In this document: piece by piece, positions 59,040-64,000 of the stretch
How positions within the stretch are numbered: the stretch's first letter is position 1
Layout of the letters: each line of letters starts with the position of its first letter
Made by a program: the position numbers and the translations under genes
The notes under the pieces: model-generated
What the model was told of the DNA's origin: nothing
What the model saw: the letters and a program-made list of their open reading frames with translations, nothing else
Database searches by the model: none
Assembly (NCBI GenBank): GCA_040766535.1
Contig: JAXGQG010000010.1
Span: 2,491 to 66,490 of the forward strand
From: Dehalococcoidia bacterium
Lineage (GTDB): Bacteria; Chloroflexota; Dehalococcoidia; GIF9; AB-539-J10
DNA length: 64,000 bases
Direction of reading: 5' to 3'

Positions 59040-59450
59040 ATGAAAGTCTCACGCCGCATAGTGCTTCACTTCCCGCCGTTGGTCACCGGTCAACCGGTGG
59101 TCTACCGCCTGGCCAGGGACTACGACCTCATGTTCAATATCCTTCGTGCCTCCGTATCGCCAGGCCAGGAGGGGCTCCTGGTGCTTGAACTCACGGGAGA
59201 ACGTGCCGATTACGACCGTGGCATCCAGTATCTGCGCGATACGGGCATCCAGATACAGCCCCTTAGCCAGGACGTCCTCCGGGACGAGTCCCGCTGCACC
59301 CACTGCGGCGCGTGCCTCACCGTGTGTCCTGCCAACGCGTTCACTCGCGACCCCGCGACGGCGCAGGTCTTGTTCGACCACAATCGCTGTGTCCTCTGCG
59401 GACTGTGCGTCAAGGCGTGTCCACCCCGCGCCATGAGCATCGTCTTCTAG
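59040..59450 (+). CDS. NIL domain / 2x[4Fe-4S] ferredoxin protein
   Basis: NIL-like N-terminus (RIVLHFPPLVTGQPVVYRLARDYDLMFNILRA), then CTHCGACLTVCP and CVLCGLCVKACP. Confidence 0.85.
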   Translation: MKVSRRIVLHFPPLVTGQPVVYRLARDYDLMFNILRASVSPGQEGLLVLELTGERADYDRGIQYLRDTGIQIQPLSQDVLRDESRCTHCGACLTVCPANAFTRDPATAQVLFDHNRCVLCGLCVKACPPRAMSIVF

Positions 59451-59462
59451 GTATGGGGAGAG

Positions 59463-60200
59463 GTGAGCAGCAGACGCGTCTATCGTAACTGGGTTGCCGG
59501 CGAGGGACTCGTTTCATACACCGTCTCCATCGGCAGCACCGACCTTCACATCAGCACAGACCGCGATCTTCGCCAGGAAGCACTGGAATCGGCGGCCCGG
59601 CACAGGCACAGTGTCGAATCCTACATCCATTCCCATCCACGGTTCGCCACGAACCTGGAGCCGGTTGACGCCCGCCCCGGCGCCCCGTCTCTTGTCTGCG
59701 ATATGGCGGAGGCGGCACGAATCGGACGGGTGGGGCCGATGGCCGCGGTTGCCGGGGCCATTGCCGAGGCCGTAGGCCGAGATCTGCTCCGATCGTCTCG
59801 TGAAGTCATCGTCGAGAACGGCGGTGATGTCTTTATGTCCGTTTCCTCACCGAGGACAGTTGGGCTGTTCGCGGGCGGCTCCGCGCTCTCCGGCCGGATC
59901 GGGCTGGTCATCCATCCAGACGACTGCCCTTTGGGCCTGTGCACCTCCAGCGGCGCATTCGGACATTCGCTCAGTCTCGGCGCTGCGGACACATGCACGG
60001 TGCTGGCGCATTCAGCGGCCGTCGCGGACGCTCTCGCGACCTCGTTGTGCAACCGCATCCGGAGCGCGGACGATCTGCAACGTGTGCTCGATCGGGCATC
60101 ACTCCCCCCGGAAGCCATCGGCGTGCTGGTGATCGTCGCGGGCCGCGTGGGCTTGTATGGAGCCATCGATCTCGTCCGCACCGTTCCTGCGCAACACTAG
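59463..60200 (+). CDS. UPF0280 / COG2122 ApbE-like protein
   Basis: STDLHISTD, GPMAAVAGAIAE, VIVENGGDVF. GTG start. Confidence 0.75.
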   Translation: MSSRRVYRNWVAGEGLVSYTVSIGSTDLHISTDRDLRQEALESAARHRHSVESYIHSHPRFATNLEPVDARPGAPSLVCDMAEAARIGRVGPMAAVAGAIAEAVGRDLLRSSREVIVENGGDVFMSVSSPRTVGLFAGGSALSGRIGLVIHPDDCPLGLCTSSGAFGHSLSLGAADTCTVLAHSAAVADALATSLCNRIRSADDLQRVLDRASLPPEAIGVLVIVAGRVGLYGAIDLVRTVPAQH

Positions 60201-60319
60201 AATGCGAGCTCCATCACCTCCGAGTCGAGGACCACTCACTTGCCGTCCCACTGTCTTTTCCATCCACTCCATGTACAGTAGTCCATGGCGGCACCTACAG
60301 GCCGCAAGGAGGATGGAAC

Positions 60320-60715
60320 ATGGAGAGAACGTATCTGCAGCCATCGAACGTACCGAAGCCGGCGGGAGACTACTCCCAGGGAGTGAAGATCAAGGGCGGC
60401 ACACTGGTTGTCATCTCAGGCCAGGTGCCATGGGACGCCGAAGGAAAACTGGTTGGGCCGGGAGATCTGAAAGCGCAGACGCACCAGGTGTTCAAGAACC
60501 TTCAGAACATGCTGGCAGCTGCGGGCGCCACCTTCAAGGATGCCATCAAGTTGACGATCTTTCTCAAGAACCGCGAGGATTTCGCCATCTTCAAGGACAT
60601 CAGGGCGCAGTATCTCATTCCACCCTATCCACCAACCACCCTGCTCGTCGTGAAAGACCTCGCACGCGAGGAATGGATGCTGGCAATGGAAGTCATGGCC
60701 GTGGTGGACAAGTAG
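60320..60715 (+). CDS. ridA: RidA/YjgF family reactive intermediate deaminase
   Basis: PKPAGDYSQGV..GTLVVISGQVP, TIFLKN, and a 131-aa size. ATG at 60320 is preceded by AGGAGGA. Confidence 0.88.
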   Translation: MERTYLQPSNVPKPAGDYSQGVKIKGGTLVVISGQVPWDAEGKLVGPGDLKAQTHQVFKNLQNMLAAAGATFKDAIKLTIFLKNREDFAIFKDIRAQYLIPPYPPTTLLVVKDLAREEWMLAMEVMAVVDK

Positions 60716-60730
60716 CGGTACCGTATCGAA

Positions 60731-60783
60731 ACGCAGCAGGGACACCGCACGCCCCACCGGGCGCGGAAAGGGAAACCCTGCGT
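60731..60783. terminator. nested GC-rich hairpin between the convergent ridA and small-peptide genes
   Basis: ACGCAG(c)AGGG ... CCCTGCGT enclosing an inner imperfect hairpin (CCGCaCGCC / GGCGCGG). Weak U-tracts on both strands. Confidence 0.4.
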
Positions 60784-60815
60784 CTGTTCAGTCTGAGCTG
60801 GATACTTGAGCGGGA

Positions 60816-61028
60816 TCAGAACCCGCTGCCATCGGAAATGCCGTCACCGGAATTCGGCGCAGGACCCACACCACCACCAACACCACCTCTGTCAAAGCCG
60901 CTCCCATCCGGCACACCATCTCCTGCGTTCGGAGCCGGGCCATCGAGCCCATTAGGCGCCGCCATCGCGCTGCCGGCGGTCACCAGCACAAGGAGTACTA
61001 CGGCAAGTAGAACGAGCAGCTTTCTCAC
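60816..61028 (-). CDS. small secreted Gly/Asp-rich repeat peptide (70-aa precursor)
   Basis: GTG at 61028 is preceded by AAGGAGGAtcct. Signal peptide (M)RKLLVLLAVVLLVLVTAGSAMA|AP. The mature 47 aa contain GPAPNAGDGVPDGSGF and GPAPNSGDGISDGSGF. Confidence 0.6.
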   Translation of the reverse strand: MRKLLVLLAVVLLVLVTAGSAMAAPNGLDGPAPNAGDGVPDGSGFDRGGVGGGVGPAPNSGDGISDGSGF

Positions 61029-61330
61029 AGGATCCTCCTTATCATTACTCATTGCGGGGACCCACCAGGATCCCCGGAATGTAGCCCACTGCGGTGTGGC
61101 GCTTGCAGGTCGGCGCGTCGTGCTCACCCGCCATCGCCATCCCTCAGAATCAAGTCTTCGCCAGCACGACGGGATGTAACCGCAACACCTTTCATCTGAA
61201 AACGCTTCACCTGGGATTCCGTCAGCACAAAATCGGACAACATGACCACTCAACACCATGGAACCACAGAGGGTCTTTCGCGGTCGACTACCCACGAATT
61301 GAGAACGCGGGTGCGTAGAGTCCGTCCGGT

Positions 61331-62494
61331 TCAGCGCAGCAGGCGCGAGCAGCCTACGAACAGGACGAGCCCCAATGCCGCGACTGTAAACAGCGATGCA
61401 CTGTAGAAACCCGTCACATCGATGAGGTAGCCGAACACCACAGGCACCGCCAGTGGGCCGACGTTGGAGACCGACGTAATGAACCCGGCGACAGTGCCCG
61501 CATAGGGAGAGAGCCGCTCCTCTTCAACCGGCATGGCCAGACTGGCAACGCTCACGCCTGTGGTGGTGAAGCCAGCCACGAAGAAGCACAGCACCAGCAG
61601 GGGCACCGAGTTGGAGACCATCAACGCGACGGAGGCCGCCGTCACCACGCCCAACAGCGCAATCAGCGTGCTCCGGCTGCGGAAGCGGTCCAGCAGCAAC
61701 CCCATGACCGGCCCTGCAGCGAAGAAGCCAACCGGAAGTACCGAGGCGAGTTCCGGATTCAGTTGCTTCATCTGCAGCACGCGCGGCATCCAGCTCGCCA
61801 GCGTGTCGTAGCAGCCCATCGAGCCCACCAGCATGAACAGCAGCACCCACACGAGCTTCTCCCGGAGCACGAGCTTCAGATCTCCCAGCTTCACCGCCGT
61901 GATGAAGAGTCCGCCGCGGCTCCGACCCAGGAGAAACCATGCAACGCAGATGATACCCGCCACCGCGGCGTACACCAGAAACACCTGCCGCCAGGGCATC
62001 AACTCCAACAGTTGGGGGGTGACGGCAAGCGCCGATGCGTTCCCGGCGGCAAAGCCGGCGAAGTAGATCCCGGTGCCAAGCGCGGGTCTGCTCCGCCCCC
62101 ACTCCTTCACCATGAGTGAGAGGCACGGCATCACCGCCGCCAGTCCGAAGCCGACGAAGAACTGACTCGCCAGCAGCCCGGCGTAGCTCTGCGACATGCC
62201 GCGCATGCCCGCAGCCGCAGCTGAGAGAACTAGAGCCAGCCTCAGGACTCCTACGTAGCCGCGATGATCGGCGACGAGACCCCAGGGTAGTCTGAAGAGG
62301 ATGAGGCTGATCATGGCCACGGAGAAGACCACACCGAACTGCGCGTGCGTCAGGTTCATCTCCTCCATGACCACACTGACCATCGGGGAAAGGCTGAACA
62401 GCAGCAGATGCACCTCGAACGCGATGATGAACGCGAGCGCAAACACAGTGCGATAGCCTGTGCGGGACAGTGCGGCGGTGACCTTCATATCCAC
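61331..62494 (-). CDS. MFS transporter
   Basis: 387 aa with about 12 TM segments and the MFS loop motif (LPWGLVADHRGY). Confidence 0.85.
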   Translation of the reverse strand: MDMKVTAALSRTGYRTVFALAFIIAFEVHLLLFSLSPMVSVVMEEMNLTHAQFGVVFSVAMISLILFRLPWGLVADHRGYVGVLRLALVLSAAAAGMRGMSQSYAGLLASQFFVGFGLAAVMPCLSLMVKEWGRSRPALGTGIYFAGFAAGNASALAVTPQLLELMPWRQVFLVYAAVAGIICVAWFLLGRSRGGLFITAVKLGDLKLVLREKLVWVLLFMLVGSMGCYDTLASWMPRVLQMKQLNPELASVLPVGFFAAGPVMGLLLDRFRSRSTLIALLGVVTAASVALMVSNSVPLLVLCFFVAGFTTTGVSVASLAMPVEEERLSPYAGTVAGFITSVSNVGPLAVPVVFGYLIDVTGFYSASLFTVAALGLVLFVGCSRLLR

Positions 62495-62523
62495 GTACCG
62501 GAGGACAGGTGTCTGAAGCGCCG

Positions 62524-62552
62524 ATTATCGCACGGGCGAGTGCGCTTCGCAA
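62524..62552 (-). promoter_or_regulatory. candidate promoter of the MFS gene
   Basis: Minus strand: TTGCGA (62552..62547), 17-nt spacer, GATAAT (62529..62524), about 30 nt upstream of the ATG. Confidence 0.5.
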
Positions 62553-63081
62553 TCAGAAGGCGACGGGCCGGCACACCACTGGACAATGCCGTCCGGGCAA
62601 TACGGAGGCATGGGAAGACTCAGCAAGAGTGGCTTGCAGCGCGGGAGCAACCTGTCCCTGGGCGCAGAACACAAGAAAGCCCCAGGCGACCTTGCAGTTC
62701 TCGTCGGGGTAGAACCTCCCGGGCCTCCAGCCTCCCCTCGCTCCTCGGTTGATGACCTTGGACCTCGGTTATCGCTGGAACCTCGAGGCGGCTGTCCCTC
62801 TGTCCCTGCCTGATTACCTGGGGCAGAACCTAAGGTAACCGGAGCATCACGGTCTGTCAAGGGGTCCGGGGCCCGCTTTGAGCCCTCGTGGAGGAAGGCG
62901 GTTGCAGCTTCAGACCGGCCGGCGGGATTTTCCCGGTTTTTCCCGCAGCCCTGCCGCAGTCTCAGTCCGGTGTACCTCCCACCCTTTCCGGTGGTAATGT
63001 ACACATGTCCGAGATGACATCGCCGTTCACCGGACACCACGGCGTTCGCGTCGGCATGGCTCCAGAGCTGACATTGCTCAC
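62553..63081. other. about 530-bp region with no credible ORF; CCTC/GAGG-rich with many local hairpins; candidate structured or protein-binding RNA locus
   Basis: All six frames give only low-complexity Arg/Pro/Gly-rich translations. There are seven CCTC motifs in 62714..62789 and short direct repeats (CCTCGGTT twice, CAGGGACAG twice, CTGCAAG twice). Confidence 0.4.
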
Positions 63082-63342
63082 ATGGCAAAGAAGAAGGCGC
63101 CCGATGAGATCGACCTTCACCGTCTGACGGTGGACGAGGCGCTGCCGCTGGTAGACGACTTCCTCAACAAGTCCTACAAGGCGCATCTGCACCGCGTCTG
63201 GATCGTTCACGGCAAGGGCACCGGTACGTTGCGCAACGCCGTGTGGGACCATGTTCGCCGGCACCGGCTGGTGCTGCACTGCTCCATGGCCGACCCCCAG
63301 CGCGGCGGCCCCGGCTGCACGCAGATCGATCTGGTGGACTGA
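63082..63342 (+). CDS. Smr domain protein
   Basis: IDLHRLTVDEALPLVDDFLN...VWIVHGKGTGTLR. Confidence 0.85.
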   Translation: MAKKKAPDEIDLHRLTVDEALPLVDDFLNKSYKAHLHRVWIVHGKGTGTLRNAVWDHVRRHRLVLHCSMADPQRGGPGCTQIDLVD

Positions 63343-63394
63343 TTGGCACTCAGACCTCTGTGTCTTCCCCGTCAATTGCGTCCACTGATACCCC

Positions 63395-63424
63395 TTGAAC
63401 CTCACACCACCCCATGCCTAAGAT
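63395..63424 (+). promoter_or_regulatory. candidate promoter of the carboxyltransferase gene
   Basis: TTGAAC (63395..63400), 18-nt spacer, TAAGAT (63419..63424). Confidence 0.55.
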
Positions 63425-63480
63425 AGCGCTTCAGGAGGCCATTCCCCACAACCCGGCGCGTCAGCGCGAAAGAAGGGAAG

Positions 63481-64000
63481 ATGGACAAGCCAGCGGAGAA
63501 AGGCACAACAGAACGCATCCAGGAATGGGAGGCGCGCAAGGACCGCATCCTGGAGATGGGCGGGGCGAAGGCCGTCGAGGAGCGGCACGCGAAGGGACAG
63601 ATGTCCGCGCGTGAGCGCATCGACCATTTCTTCGACCCCGGCACATTCACCGAGATCGGCATGTGGGTGAAGCACCGTACCACCGCCTTCGGCATGGCCG
63701 GCCGTGAGGTTCCCGCGGAGGGCATCGTCACCGGCTTCGGCAAGGTGAACGGGCGCATGGTGGTGGCGGCCGCCGAGGACTTCACCGCCATGATGGGCAC
63801 CTTCGGCGAGTACCATGGCAAGAAACTCTCCCACGCCATCCGCTTCGCCATGGAGAAGGGCTGGCCCTTCGTGACCATGAACGATTCCGCCGGCGCGCGG
63901 CTGCACGAGGGCATGGACACCCTGGAGGCGTACGGCTGGACGTTCCGCGCCCAGATCGAGGCCTCCGGCATCATCCCGCAGATATCGCTGCTCATGGGCC
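63481..64000 (+). CDS. acyl-CoA carboxyltransferase (propionyl-CoA carboxylase beta / methylmalonyl-CoA decarboxylase alpha family), 5' part only; runs off the window
   Basis: My own translation: MDKPAEKGTTERIQEWEARKDRILEMGGAKAVEERHAKGQMSARERIDHFFDPGTFTEIGMW...GKVNGRMVVAAAEDFTAMMGTFGE...NDSAGARL. Not in the ORF track because no stop is reached. Confidence 0.88.
   Translation, partial: MDKPAEKGTTERIQEWEARKDRILEMGGAKAVEERHAKGQMSARERIDHFFDPGTFTEIGMWVKHRTTAFGMAGREVPAEGIVTGFGKVNGRMVVAAAEDFTAMMGTFGEYHGKKLSHAIRFAMEKGWPFVTMNDSAGARLHEGMDTLEAYGWTFRAQIEASGIIPQISLLMG

Noticed and set aside
61029-61330. A 300-bp non-coding stretch upstream of the small secreted peptide, examined for a riboswitch or small ORFs.
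   Set aside because: Only a weak promoter candidate (…TACATT) and one short hairpin overlapping a repeated GGATCCTG were seen. No known riboswitch core and no credible ORF were found. There is not enough evidence for a separate claim.
62553-63081. Tried to assign the gene-free region to RNase P RNA, SRP RNA, a cobalamin riboswitch or a TPP riboswitch.
   Set aside because: The near-invariant RNase P element GAGGAAAGUCC is absent on both strands, and so is the SRP GGAA-tetraloop helix 8 motif. On the minus strand, CCGGGAAAAUCCCGCC and GCUGCAACCG only loosely resemble the cobalamin core (GGUGAAAAUCC, CGCAACUGU). No convincing B12 box or GCCACUG is present. CUGAGA occurs, but without the TPP ACCUGAUC partner. 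The region is left unassigned pending a covariance-model scan.

Overview
GC-rich (roughly 60% by eye), tightly packed bacterial chromosomal core region. I found no IS element, prophage, CRISPR array, tRNA or rRNA. Gene content includes a methanogen-type COG1900 homocysteine pathway, FabL, a Thermotoga-type DAHP synthase, and a corrinoid protein with a URO-D-family partner. This would fit a Chloroflexota-like or similar anaerobe, but taxonomy cannot be established from this window. About 70 genes are supported: smpB plus tmRNA, comEA/comEC, plsY, an ABC exporter with a secreted NEW3-like protein, rph, proA/proB, mfd, acs, two tandem folD paralogs, pyrG-tal-rho, thiolase, the corrinoid methyltransferase pair, a nine-gene aromatic amino acid operon, ribF-tyrS-serA, DUF1015, yqeY-rpsU, a fatty-acid synthesis operon (plsX-acpP-fabL-fabF-fabG plus two hotdog proteins), rplU-rpmA-rpmE, hisA-hisI, truB, tilS, the COG1900/NIL-ferredoxin/COG2122 trio, ridA, an MFS transporter, smr, and a partial carboxyltransferase. 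Most interesting observations: (1) a 26-codon leader peptide with eight Phe/Tyr/Trp codons, followed by an intrinsic terminator and plausible antiterminator pairings, sits upstream of the aro operon. (2) The tandem FolD paralogs each seem to have lost a different half of the bifunctional motif set. (3) proB and mfd each carry an apparent frameshift in a G4/C4 run. (4) A 0.53-kb gene-free, GAGG/CCTC-rich region has no assignable function. (5) A small secreted peptide carries two GPAPNxGDGxxDGSGF repeats. (6) Near-consensus TTGACA-N18-TACAAT promoters recur, and they imply an ATT start codon for rplU and several leaderless mRNAs. Many long antisense ORFs in the track are GC-driven artefacts.
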